Shown: positions 49,708-62,903 of the stretch, one piece after another | How positions within the stretch are numbered: position 1 is the first letter of the stretch | How the letters are laid out: each line of letters opens with the position of its first letter | Source: Octopus sinensis | Lineage: Eukaryota | Assembly: GCF_006345805.1 (NCBI RefSeq) | Contig: NC_043010.1 | Location: 65,534,001-65,598,000, forward strand | Direction: 5' to 3' | DNA length: 64,000 bases | Position numbers and translations under genes: made by a program | Notes under the pieces: generated by a model | The model's input: the letters and a program-made list of their open reading frames with translations, nothing else | The model's database searches: none | What the model was told of the DNA's origin: nothing

Positions 49708-51125
49708 TACGTGCCACCAGCACGGTAGTCAGTCAGTCGGCACTGGTAACAACCACGCTCAAATGGTGCATTTTACATGCCACCGGCATGCAATGCTCGA
49801 AAGGTGCTTTTTACGTGCCAGCGGCACAGGTGTCAGTCAGGCGGTACTGGCATCAGCCACGATAACGATTTCACATGACTCAACAGGTCTTCTCAAGCAC
49901 AGTTAATTGTCCAATGATTGAAGGGTACTTTTAAATGAGCTACACTGTTTATGCTACACTGGTATAGGCCACAGTTATGGTCTCGCTTGACTTGCTGGGT
50001 CTTTTCAAGTACAGCATATCTCCATACGTCTCGGTCGCTTGTCATTGCCTCCGTGAGGCCCAGCGTTCGAAGGTCGTGCTTCACCACCTCATCCCAGGTT
50101 TTCCTGGATCTACCTCTTCCACAGTTTCTCTTCACTGTTAGGGTGTGACATTTTCCCTACAGCTGTCCTCATCCTACGCAACACGACTATACCTGCGCAG
50201 TCGTCTCTCTTGCATGTCACATCTGATGCTTCTTAGGTCCAACTTTTCTCTCAGGGCGCTTACATTCTGTCGTATATACACACTGACATTACACATCCAG
50301 CGGAGTATACTAGCTTAATTTCTTGCAAGCTTACGCATGTTATCAGTAGTCACAGACCATGATAACATGGTCTGTGAGCGAGAGGCCCTTTGTTACCAGC
50401 AGAGGTAAAAGCTCTTTGAATTTTGCCCAGGCTATTCTTATTCTACCAGCTACGCTCTCAGAGCATCCACTCCCGCTACTGACTTGGTTACCTACGAAAT
50501 GGAAGCTATCAACTACTTCTAGTTTTCCCCCACTGGCATGTGACGGAAGCTGTTTTCTGCGCATTTTCAGTGTATATTGCCCTGTGCATTTGTCACACAC
50601 AAAAACTATTTTGCCAGTTAGCCTTCCTTTGATATTGCTACACCTCTTATGTGCCCATAGCTTACACTGGGTTCATCTTATGGAGTATCTACCTACGCCT
50701 TTTCTACAGATCGATCAGGGCCATCTACTCGAAGGGATTTGTAATTTGTCTGCCTTCTTACTTACTAAGACTTTGGTTTTTGCTAGATTGACTTTAAGGC
50801 GCTTCGAGTCTAGACCTTGCTTCCACACCTGAAACTTCTCCTCTAGTTCTGACAGTGACTCAGCTATTAGAGCAAAGCCATCAGTATAGAGGAGCCCCCA
50901 GGGGCATCCTGTCTTGAATTCCCCTGTTATTGCCTGAGGAGCTGAGGACTGATCCTTTGTGGACCCCTACCCTTACACGGAATTCTTCACTATATTCGTT
51001 GCCAACCCTCACCTTTCTGACAGCATCCCTGTACATGCCTTGCACAGCTCTCACCAACCACTCATCTATCCCTAGTTTCCGCATTGACCACCAGATAAGG
51101 GATCGGGGAACCCCTTCAAAAGCTT
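49705..51125 (-). mobile_element. Decayed RTE-clade LINE: RT domain, C-terminus and 3' UTR
   Basis: Frameshifted peptides RKLGIDEWLVRAVQGMY...VGVHKGSVLS, RIRIAWAKFKELLPLL and GRGRSRKTWDEVVKHDL...DRDVWR. The 3' UTR carries TTTTACGTGCCAC repeats. Confidence 0.9.
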
Positions 51126-52176
51126 GGGAGAGACAGCACTGTCGTTCACGCAGTACCGGTGAAAGATAGCGTTTCTTTTTGACTCTGCTTGTATTGTGTG
51201 CTTATAAACACGTTTATATTCTTGAATGTGATAATGTGTAGAATTAGATTATTACCCTGCTTCCAGCTTCAGTGCTGCTGCCAGGATTTGAAAAATAGGG
51301 CACATTCCCCCCACCCCCTTATTTTGTGATTTAGTGGGAGGGGTTGAAAAACAAGGGGGAATTCGCAGCGGTCTTCATTGAACAAATTAAATATACTACT
51401 CGGCAGTGGCTAAAACACGAGCCAATCAAGTTTATGCATAAATTTTCTTTTTATATGTTTGTTTCCTTTTTACACAATATTAAAACAACGGCTAACATTT
51501 TTTTGAAGCAGCATCCCCTGCTAATTTTATCTATGAATGATGTGGTAGTTAACTTCACCGTTTCGGTTTCTCCCCATATGGCTCGTCTTTAATAAGTTCA
51601 GTGGTCTTCCTACTTCCAGCTTCCAGTTCTTGGCCAAATATCTTTTACTATAGCAACCCAAACTTTGTCAAGTGAACTGAGTAGACGGAAACTGTGCTGA
51701 AGCCGGTTGATGAGACTTTCAGAACAGCTGTTGGAATTTCTCCGTTTTTGGTCGGAATTTTTCCAGTCTTTTTTTTTTTGTATCACACATTTCAAAACGA
51801 TGGGGGGGGTAAGCCGTTTTTAAAACAAACACTTTTTTTTCAGCCCTGTTTTTTTTTTTTTTTTTTTTTTAAGTCTGCCTCACCCTTTATTTCCACCAAA
51901 TTTTTCGTTAATATTCGTCATTTCCATTGTATTTAATTCTGAAACTTGTAATTTACTTTTCTACTCTTTTACTTGTTTCAGTCATGTTGACTGCGGCCAT
52001 GCTGGAGCACTGCCTTTAGTCGAACAAATCGACCCCAGGACTTATTCTTTGTAAGCCTAGTACTTATTCTATCGGTTTCTTTTGCCGAACCGCTAAGTTA
52101 TGGGGACGTAAACACACCAGCATCGGTTGTCAAGCGATGTTGGGGGGGGGGACAAACACAGACACACAAACACACA

Positions 52177-52277
<101 letters not shown>

Positions 52278-52941
52278 GACGAGTTTCTTTCAGTTTCCGT
52301 CTACCAAATCCACTCACAAGGCTTCGGTCGGCCGAGGCTACAGTAGAAGACACTTGCCCAAGGTGCCATGCAGTGGGACTGAACCCAGAACCATGTGGTT
52401 GGTAAGCAAGCTGCTTACCACACAGCCACTCAGAAATTTTTTTTAATTCTTAACCCCCACCTCTCCCTTTATCGTACCTTTCACGATTAAAATCAAACGC
52501 CTACCACAAGTGGATGTGTGAAAACAAAATTAGAATTTTGAAAGAAATATATATAAAACGATAATTTGTTTTAAAAAAGAATATTTTGTTTTGAAATAGG
52601 TAATACAAAAAAAAAATAAGAAAGAAAGAAAAATCTATTCAGAAAGTCTGCCTGACGAACTTCAGCACAATTTCCGTCCACTCAGGTGAACTGAAAAAGT
52701 TTGGGTCAACCCAAGGCTATAGTAAACATTTGCTCAAGTTGCCGTGCTGCAGGATCGAACTCGTGACTTCAATGTTGCGAGGTGAAGTTTTTAACTACTC
52801 GACCTCTTCTGCGTCACTACGCAAGTATGGACGTAGAAACGCATGTCTGTACGTATGTTTGTACGCACGCACGCACATACATAATCTGTTAAATTCGTTA
52901 CTATTGTATACTATATATTTTTAAATGCCAGTAGGTAGAGA

Positions 52942-53023
52942 GGTAGTGTGGCCGAGTGGTCTAAGGCGCTGGTTTTAGGCACCAGTCTCTTCGGAGGCGT
53001 GGGTTCGAATCCCATCACTGCCA
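52942..53023 (+). tRNA. trnL-TAG: tRNA-Leu, anticodon TAG
   Basis: 82-nt cloverleaf: acceptor GGTAGTG/CACTGCC, anticodon arm CTGGT-TTTAGGC-ACCAG, long variable arm, GTGGG-TTCGAAT-CCCAT. T4 terminator at 53029-53032. Confidence 0.95.
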
Positions 53024-54032
53024 TTTAGTTTTGCTTGTGATATTTTACTTCAGTAAAAAGGTGACGCTTCTGTTGCTAATTCTCTACACTTGTTCAGCCA
53101 AATGTATTTGTGACCTCAGATTGCTTTATTTAAGGTGTCCCTTTCTTTTATTTAATATGTCCCTTTCTAAGACGGTGGAATGTGGTTTGCAAGTTATCTG
53201 GTTACTATTCCAAACAAACTGAGCGTCAACTGCAAGTGAGAAATTGATATTAAAGGGGGAAGAAGGCGGCGAGCTGGCAGAAACGTTAGCACGCCGGGCG
53301 AAATGTGCAGCCGTATTTCGTCTGCTGTTTCATTCTGAGTTCAAATTCCGCCGAGGTCGACTTTGCCTTTCATCCTTTAGGGGTCGATAAATTAAGTACC
53401 AGTTACGCACTGGAGTCGATGTAATCGACTTAATCCGTTTGTCTGTCCTTGTTTGTCCCCCTCTGTGTTTAGCCCCTTGTGGGTAGTAAAGAAATAGGTA
53501 TTTCGTCTGTCGTTATGTTCTGAGTTCAAATTCCGCCGAGGTCGACTTTGCCTTTCATCCTTTTGGGGTCGATAAATAAAGTACCAGTTTCGCACTGGGA
53601 TCGATGTAATCGACTTAACCCTTTTGTCTGTCCTTGCTTGTCCCCTCTATGTTTAGCCCCTTGTGGGCAGTAAAGAAACATATATTAAAGGGGAAATAAG
53701 GCGACGAGCAGGTTGAGTTGTTAGGGGTTCGGACAAAAAAGGCTTTGCGGCATTCGTTTTAGCTCTTTATGTTCCGAGTTCAAATCCCGCAGACGTCGAC
53801 TTTGTCTTTAGGGTTGATGAAATAAAGTACTAATCAAGTACTAGAATCGATGGAATCGACTAACCCATCCCCTCAACATAACTTATCTCGTGCCAACATC
53901 AGAGACTGACATTAAAAATATAAATGATCCCATTGGTATTATAACAAATACATTTGGCTGAACAAGTGTAGAGAGTTAGCAACAGAAGCATCACCTTTTT
54001 ACTGAAGTAAAATATCACAAGCAAAAACTAAA

Positions 54033-54114
54033 TGGCAGTGATGGGATTCGAACCCACGCCTCCGAAGAGACTGGTGCCTAAAACCAGCGCCTTAGACCAC
54101 TCGGCCACACTACC
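54033..54114 (-). tRNA. trnL-TAG: tRNA-Leu, anticodon TAG (identical inverted copy)
   Basis: Exact reverse complement of 52942-53023, followed by a T5 run on the minus strand. Confidence 0.95.
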
Positions 54115-55339
54115 TCTCTGCCTGCAGATGTTCAAAAATATATAGTATACAATAGTAACGAGTGTGGTCGATGCCAGAACCGCCTGACTGGCTCTCGTGC
54201 CAGTGGCACGTAAAAAGCACCCATTACACTCTCCGAGTGCTTGGCGTTAGGCAGGGCATCCAGCTGTAGAAACCTTATCAGATCAGATTGAAGCCTGGTG
54301 CAGCCTTCTGGCTTGCCAGCCCTCAGTAAAACTGTCCAACCCATGCTAGCATGGAAAGCGGACATTAAATGATGATGATGATGATGATGATGATTGCTTC
54401 ATCTCGATGGATGATAGCCGTCCCATCAATACATACACCACACCCCATCACACAGCAAAATCACTCCGTTGATGAGCCCTTAGACTCTGACTTTTAAGAC
54501 AGACAGGTTTTAAACACAAGTGACAGATATTATTCAACTTTCTTCTATATCTTTGCTCTTTGAAATCTGATTCTGAAGAAATGTCTTTTGTGAACTAGCA
54601 TGTCTTTTAAGCCTAGATATCGTCTTACAAGTTTTTTTTTATATATGACACAAGTCGTAAGAGGCGGTTGGTGTCCAAAACAATCACTTATCATGAGATT
54701 TCGATTTTCATGTGACTTCATATGATTCACACGTATCCTGCTTTTGACAACAGGACACGGTCACATGTAATACACATCCAGTATTCACTGTTGATTACAG
54801 TTCCAATTTTTCCTTTGCGACGCCCTATTAAGTTCAGAGTGCTGAATCAGCTTTTCCTCTCAGGCATTGCAACCAGTCCTAACAGCACCTCTCCACTTGT
54901 TCCGATCTAGAACATCATGTTCCCAATCACTTTTGTTTATGTCTAATTTCTTCAGGTTTTCTTTCACAAATGAAAAAACTGAAGTCAACAAGAACATACC
55001 ATGCGTGCGTGTTTGTGTGTGTGGGGTGTGTGTCTGTGTTTGTCCCACCCCCGCCATCGCATGACAACTGATGCTGGTGTGTTTACATCCCCCGTAGGAT
55101 CTTAGAAGTTCTGCAAAAGAGACCGATAAAATAATTACTAAGCTTACAAAGAATAAGCCCGTCCTGGGGGCAATTTCCTCGACTAAAACCCTTAAGGCAG
55201 TACTCCAACTTGGCCGCAGTCAAATGACTGAAACAAATAAAAGATTGGAAGAATATATGTAGTATATATATATACTAATACACTTGTTTGTTTGTGCTCC
55301 ACCTGCCTTCGTCTTTTGTTTATTTTCGTAAACCTTCCG

Positions 55340-55394
<55 letters not shown>

Positions 55395-55692
55395 GTGTGT
55401 GTGTGTGTGTGTGTGTGTGGAGGCGCAATGGCCCAGTGGTTAAGGCAGCGGACTCGCGGTTGTGGGATCGCGGTTTCGATTCCCAGACAGGGCGTTGTGA
55501 GTGTTTATTGTGAGGCTCCGGCAGGGGGTGGTGGCGATCCCTGCTGTACTCTTTCGCCGCAACTTTCTCTCACTCTTTCTTCTGTTGGCCTCCTCGCTTA
55601 GCCAGCAGGGTGGCGTCATTTGAAGGCTAAAACAATGCGAAGCGCATTGTGACCAGCGATGTGTAGCAACACTGATAGCCTGGTCGGTCACG

Positions 55693-55749
<57 letters not shown>

Positions 55750-56737
55750 CAATTAAGCAGCAGTTTGGTAATGAATCACCAAAAAGGAAAACTGTAATTG
55801 TCATTAGAAGGCGTTAGAACACCTACAATGCTAGCCGGATCTGGTTTGTTTATGTCCTTGTAACGTATCGGTTCACTGGAAGAGACCATTAGAATAAGTA
55901 CCAGGCTATAAATAAAGTACTGGGTTCAGTTCGTTCGACTGAAGTCCTTGAAGACGATGCTACAGCTTGACCGCAACACACGCAAAATCCCGTGAGAAAA
56001 TGAAAGTGAACATTTGTTTTTAAAACGCCAGAATTAAAAATCGACTAAATTTATTTATGAGATTACGAATAAAATCATTATCTAATAAAATACACATTTA
56101 AAAAGTCTTTATTATTTTCTTTTGAAAAGAGACATTATCAAATTTACATCTTAAAACATTCGTTTTTAGTTAAAACAACGTATTAGAATAGCATTCTGTT
56201 TTATTCTCTTTTATTCTATTATTCTACTATTCTATTATTCTCGTTCCGCTAATCCAAGTGTGTCACAAACCAAACTAAACTTCCTGTTTACTATTTTCCA
56301 AGTCATCTTATTGCTCCGCAGTTAATAAAATATCAATATAAATAAAATCTCATATCTAATTATTTCCGATTAAATTTATTTTAACCGTTCTTATAATTCA
56401 CACATCACACTAAAATACACAAAGAAAAATATATAAAAGCAATAAAATTTCAACAACACTATATTTTAAGTGCGCAACTGTTTTAATAAACATTGACATA
56501 ACATCCTACTGATGAAAATTTCGTTTTCTGGATTTCCATCCTTTTTTTATTTTGATTGAGTTAAATTCTCTCAATAATATTTACTTTTAACGAGTATATA
56601 TATATAATTATAAGGATTAAATAGGCAATATCATCTCCCAAGGATATATCTTTGTTGATATATTTTAATTCCATATTGAGAATATTGATATTTTAATTAA
56701 CCTTATTTGTGTAGATTTTTGAAGAAAAACAATTCCA

Positions 56738-56740
56738 ATG
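56738..56740 (+). CDS. UFD1: UFD1 coding exon 1 (start codon only)
   Basis: ...CAATTCCA ATG|GTAAGT gives a perfect phase-0 donor right after ATG, in frame with the exon at 62789. As I recall, vertebrate UFD1 has the same ATG-only first coding exon. Confidence 0.65.
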
Positions 56741-59700
56741 GTAAGTCTTTGCTTTATTGTTTATTCAACTTTTCGTGACAACGATATGAATTCTTGGGTT
56801 TGTTTTGATAACGGTGCTGTGTGATATGAAAGAAGGATCTCGAATCAACAGTGGCCGAGACAAAACGCTCGTTAATTTCATATATATTTAATCTTTACAT
56901 ATGGGAGATCTTTTAAACACCAGGTTTTACATAGGATGGGTGCAAAAAAAAATATAGAAAGTTCGATCCGGTAGAAATAGCAGCCAAAAATCTTCTAATG
57001 ACGCCGTATGACGTCCCAGATATCCTTAAATAGAGGTGATGGCCATTGTTGGAATACCAAGAACTTTGAATTAGCTTCATCCCACGCAAGCCTTCGAAGT
57101 TCGTTTCTACGCTGTCGCTCGATCTAAAAATAGCAGTCAAATGTCGCTCAATTTCTAAATTCTTAAAAATAGTGGTGGGAATGTAAGATTCATTAGAAAG
57201 AACGCCAAAATGTAGACGTGATGGTCATGGCCGGAATGCCTTCAGGGCTGACCTGGGGCGAAACAATGACTATTCAAAGTAATGATGATAGTTGCCAACT
57301 GTAATCAAGATTTATTTGGGGTCACGGTTGGAACGCCTTTCATAGTTGATTTTAGTGAGATCAGAGAAGTCTAGAGAAAAGTGAGTGGAATTATGCAACA
57401 GCTGTCCCTCGAAGTCCCACACCACATAGGAAAGGCAAAGGATATGGAGACAGAGGACAAAAATCTAAACACAAAAGTTAAATTGAATCAAGTTTTCGAA
57501 GAAAATCCAGAATTATTATTTCCATTCTGATACACAAGAGAACTAAAAAAAAAAAAAAAAAAGGTTTTGGAGGTGGGGAAACCCTTTTCTTTTTTCATGA
57601 GATATGGGACTTCGAGGGACAGCTTTCCAAAAATGCCCCCTGTGAATTGACAGGTAATCTTAACGAATATGTTGGTAGAAAGAACGTCCTTGATCTCTCT
57701 CCCCATATGACAAAATAACAATATGTCTGTGTGTGTACATACACATCCACTATACTCCAGTATACACACAACACAATTGTATGTGCTCATACTACACCTC
57801 TGTTCAGATAAACATTCACTTCAAGTCGCCAGTCTTTTATTCAAAACAAACCATTATTTACCATGTAGACAAATCCTAATAAAATAGAAAGTTGCTCGGG
57901 CATTCGGCAATAGACTTGGTTATTTTTTTCTTTTATTTACGTTCTGAATTCAAATGCCATTGTCTTTCATTCTTTCAGGGGCACTGGGGTCGATGTAATC
58001 AGCTAATCCCATCCCCCTCAAACAATTCAGGCCTTGTGCCTATAGGCATGAACGAGGGTTCCAGTTGATCCAATCAACGGAACTGCCTGCTCACGAAATT
58101 AGCATGCAAGTGGCTGAGCATTCCACAGACACGTGTACCCTTAACTTAGTTCTCAGGGAGATTCAGCGTGACCCAGAGTGTGACAAGGCTGGCCCCTCTG
58201 AAATACGGGTACAACAGAAACAGGAAGAAAGAGCGAGAGAAAGTTATGGTGATAGAGTACAGCAGTGTTTGCCACCATCTCCTGCCTGAGTCTGGGAATT
58301 AAAACCGCAATCCCACGAATGCGAGTCCTCTGCCCTAACCACTGGGCCATTGCCACGTGCCTATAGTAGAAATTATTATTAATGAAACACGTTGTGTACA
58401 GAATCAGAAACAAAGCAAGTTTTAAAAGTTTACTACAAGCTGAAGCAACTAGACTTCTCCACACATTAGTTCAGGAATGAACTAACATACGGGTATTCTT
58501 TCTTTTGACTGAAGCCTTGCTAGAGCACCACATTAAAGGGTTTTAGTCGAAGAAATCAACCCCAGGACTTATTCTTTGTAAGCCTAGTACTTATTCTATC
58601 GGTCTCTTTTGCCGATCCTCTAGGTTACAGGTACATAAACACAACAGCATCGGTTGTCAAGCGATGGCTGGGGGACAAACACACACACAAATATCATCAT
58701 CGTTTAACGTCCGTTCTCCATGCTAGCATGGGTTGGACGGTTCGACCGGGGATCTGGAAAGCCAGAAGGCTGCACCAGGCTCCAGTCTTATCTGGCAATG
58801 TTTCTACAGCTGGATGTCCTTCCTAACGCCAACCACTCCGTGAGTGTAGTGGGTGCTTTTTACGTGCCACCTGCACAGGTGCCAGGTGAGGCTGGCAACG
58901 GCCATGGTCGGATTGGTGTATTTTATGTGCCACCGGCACATATATATATATATATACATACAACAGGCTATAGTAGAAGATACTTGCCCAATGAAATGTT
59001 ACAAACACATTTGGATGGAATAAAATAGAAAATGAAGAGAAAAACACCGAAATTTATGAGGCTGGCTAAAATGAAATAAAATAAATACAGATATGATAAC
59101 GGAAGTAAGGATCATTTCCTAAGGAGAATTCACCTATGTACAATCAGGGAACTGTAGTACTAAATACATGCAAAAATTACAATTAGTAATTTTAAATCAG
59201 TGTTTTTCAACCCTTTTTGTTTCACTAATTCCTCATGCCAATTTAAAGAAAAAAAATGGCATTTCATGATAACAGACAAAGATAGTATAAAGTATATACA
59301 CACACCAATCAATGTATACAATATTATACACCCACTCTATTACCAAATATATAACTTCATTTTTTTTAAATTTAATTATTCTTAGACAACTTTGTGTGTG
59401 TGTGTTAGGAAGGGCATCCAACTGTAGAAACCATGCCAAATCAGACTGGAAGCTGGTGCAGCTCAAACTGTCTAAACCCATGCCAACATGGATAGTGGAC
59501 ATGATGATGATTTTATATATACATATACACGCACACATACATACACACACAGAGATTGATATTGAGTTAAAATTGCTCATAAGCTCTCTGTATATGAAGA
59601 TTCACCAGGCTAATAAATATAGCCTGTGACAGATGTCAGAATCCAAGTAATCCAAACTAAAGGATTGAGTGGTACTGCCCAGGTATCAAAACCATATTGA

Positions 59701-62700
59701 TATCCGTTTGGCAGCTGATGATCTGAATGCATATCTGTTATGCTTGTTTGTGGATTTTTATATTTTAGTTTCATTATTCAGAGTTGTCTTTCATGATAGT
59801 AAAGTGGAAAGTGCATGTGGTTTCATGGTTTTTGGAGATTACATACATTGATATTGGTTGTTTTTCTTCGTAGATAATCTTATTAATAAAATAATTTGCA
59901 AGATGAAGTTCTCATCAGCGGATATGCCAAAACATTAACATCTAAATTAGAGACAAAATCACACGTGTCTCATCCTTATATATTATAATTTTTCAAATCC
60001 TCCACTCAAGCACAGTTTCAATCAGCACCAAATATAAATTTTGATTAAACTTCAGAAATTGCTGAAATCCACTGAGAACTTCACCTTGCAAATTATTTTC
60101 TTTGCTAATTAAAGTTAAAAACCTAAGGTCTGGCTGTAAAACATGGTAAATGTTTTTATTTTTCATTCCCCTTTAAAATTGCTCTTAACTATGGTTTGGA
60201 CTTTTTGACTGTTCTTTCTAGTACGTAAGCCGACCTATTAAGGCTCACCTCTTTTGTGTTTAAATGTTCACTGATTTTTATGTGAAAAATATGTCTATTG
60301 ACTTTGTATACATGCTAGGCCACTGGTAGAAGAAATTTCTATAATTTTTCCTGCCTTATATTAATGTGGTTTGGAAGCAAACTTCTTACCACACTGCCAG
60401 CCAAGGAATTTTAGTTTAAACTTTGTTGTAAGCAGCATAGCCCAACTACGATGCCCTGGGTTCGATCCTGCAGTGTGGCATCGTGGGTAAATATTTCTTA
60501 TAGCGTCGAGTTGACCCAAACCTTGTAAGTGAAACTGGGTAACTAGACAGAAGCTCGCGGAATGCTCAGCCACTTGCACTTTAATTCATTCAGGAGCGGT
60601 AATCTAGTTAATCGAGCAACTGAATCCTCGCCGTCGAACGACGGAGGCCCGCGACAACCGCCACCATCACCACTTACTAATGCCTTCATTTTGAAGTAAC
60701 CCATATGCCCCACCAAAACATTTGACATGCTCCCACCTTCACAAACACTATCTTTATCTTAGACAAATCGAAATCTAATAATTGGCGAAGTGGGGAAAAT
60801 ACCATCGGAGATTGAAAATCACGGTACGCTATACTCCTATATTACCTACATAACGATGTTTCCGTTGGTAGTGGTGGTGAGGGCTCTTTGCGCCCCCCTC
60901 ATCCTCTCTCTAATTGTTGTGAACGTTATACTGAGTTACGTCTCTTGTTTCATAAAGTGATGATGAATTTTGCGTCACTTTCACATTTGCAGGGGAACAA
61001 CCCTTTAGATTTGCTTCATATTCAGCAGGTAAGGGTATCTTTGTTAATTCGTTTATTGGCTCTGGACCCTAAAACAGAAAACTTGATGGATGCCCGGAAA
61101 TAAATTTGAGAAAAAATAAAAAACACACAATAAAGAAATGAAAATTTACCGAGAGTTTAGAAGAAATAGTAAAAAAAATATGTACGAATTTAAAGACAGC
61201 ATGAAAATATTAGTTTATGACTTGCAGAAATTCCAAGAGTCTGTCAGTTGGAATGGATAAATGGCAGTTTTGAAACCTTTTTCACGTAAATATTTTTGAA
61301 AGAGTTTTCTAATTTTTCCCTGATCTTATTTGCTTACGAATTCTCTTGTTCGATTCTAAAACTCTGCTTTTTTTCCACTGAGATATATTTAAACTTTCTT
61401 CTGATATCTATCGTGAAAATATGGTGTTGTTTGGCCCTGAAACTGCAGACTTTAGATAGAGTACACTCAAAACACGACCATTCTGTCGGTTCTGTTTCAA
61501 AAGTAGTGCTTTCCCCGACTATATTATCAATGCGTTCTTTTTGCTGCGATTTGAAAGAGATTTGGTTGCTATTTCTAGACGATAAAACGACCACCATATT
61601 ACAGTTCCCCCCGGTAGATTTCTGTTTTTTTCAATTATGCTGTATCATAACTTTCTTTTGTTGTTTAATTACAATCCAGTCGCGACAGAGTCACAGAACA
61701 GATAGACCTTTGGTCAAATGTATTCCACTTATGACCTTCCCGTTTTTTTTTTCTTGTTTTGCTTTGTTTTTTTCTAGGAATATACCCTCTTTCTTTTTCT
61801 TTTAGACTGTCTGATATGAGCCAAGGAAAATTTGTCTGGTATTTCTTGCCAGACAAGCAGCTGTGTCAAAGTTTCCTCATTTATTCTTCTAGTATAGTGG
61901 CCTCTCCTATTGTTTATATATATATGTGTGTGTGTGTGTGTGTATGCGCAATGGCCCAGTGGTTAGGGCAGCAGACTCGTGGTCTAAGCTGTATGGCTGT
62001 GTCTAAACAAATAATAATCTTTTTATTGTATTTCAGCCTACTAGAGATGATAGTAGGCAAGTCTTAACAAAAAAAACAAAGGTGCATTGGATAATCATCA
62101 TCATCATCGTCTTTTAACGTCTGCTTTCCATGCTGGCATGGGTTGGACGATTTGACTGAGGACTGGCAAGCCAGGAGGTTGAACCAGGCTCCAATCTGAT
62201 ATGGCAAGGTTTCTACAGCTGGATGCCTTTCCTGACACCAGCCACTCTGAGCGTGTAGTGGATGCTTTTTACGTACCACCAGTACAAGAGTCACATATGG
62301 TTGTGATGCATGTGCCTAGTGTACCCTTATCAGACGGGTAGTCATAATGGGTATACTGGGCTTCGTATGTTTTACCCCAGTGTCACTTTGATGGCATGCA
62401 CTGCTCTCTAATTCTTTCCAATTAATGCGTAAGGCCAGCAATTTAGCAATTTTTAGGCCAGGGGTTACTATTTCTTTACTACCCACAAGGGGCTAAACAC
62501 AGAGAGGACAAACAAGGACAGACGAACGGATTAAGTCGATTATATCGACCCCAGTGCATAACTGGTACTTATTTAATCGACCCCAAAAGGATGAAAGGCA
62601 AAGTCAACCTCGGCGGAATTTGAACTCGGAATGTAGCGGCAGACGAAATACTGCTAAGCATTTCGCCCGGCGTGCTAATGATTCTGCCAGCTTGACTGAT

Positions 62701-62788
62701 ACTTTATTTGATGACCCTCGTCATGAAGTTCACTGCTTTACAAATAGCATTTAATCTGTGTGTTTTTTTTCTTGCTTTATAATTGCAG

Positions 62789-62903
62789 ATCAACTTCAGG
62801 GCTTTGTTTCCTGACATGGAACAATCTTTCAAAAGTAGCTACAGATGCTATTCTGTCTCATTAATGAGAGAGCGAGAACGGGATGTGGAGAAAGGTGGCA
62901 AAA
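62789..62903 (+). CDS. UFD1: UFD1 (ubiquitin recognition factor in ERAD 1) coding exon 2, INFRALFPDMEQSFKSSYRCYSVSLMRERERDVEKGGK + 1 nt; gene continues beyond the window
   Basis: Polypyrimidine tract plus TTGCAG acceptor and GTAAGT donor. YRCYSVS...DVEKGGK matches the UFD1 N-terminus (human YRCFSVSML...DVEKGGKI). Confidence 0.88.

Noticed and set aside
50655-50722. Two in-frame TGA codons at Cys positions suggesting selenocysteine
   Set aside because: They lie in a frameshifted dead LINE, and TGY-to-TGA is a single substitution.
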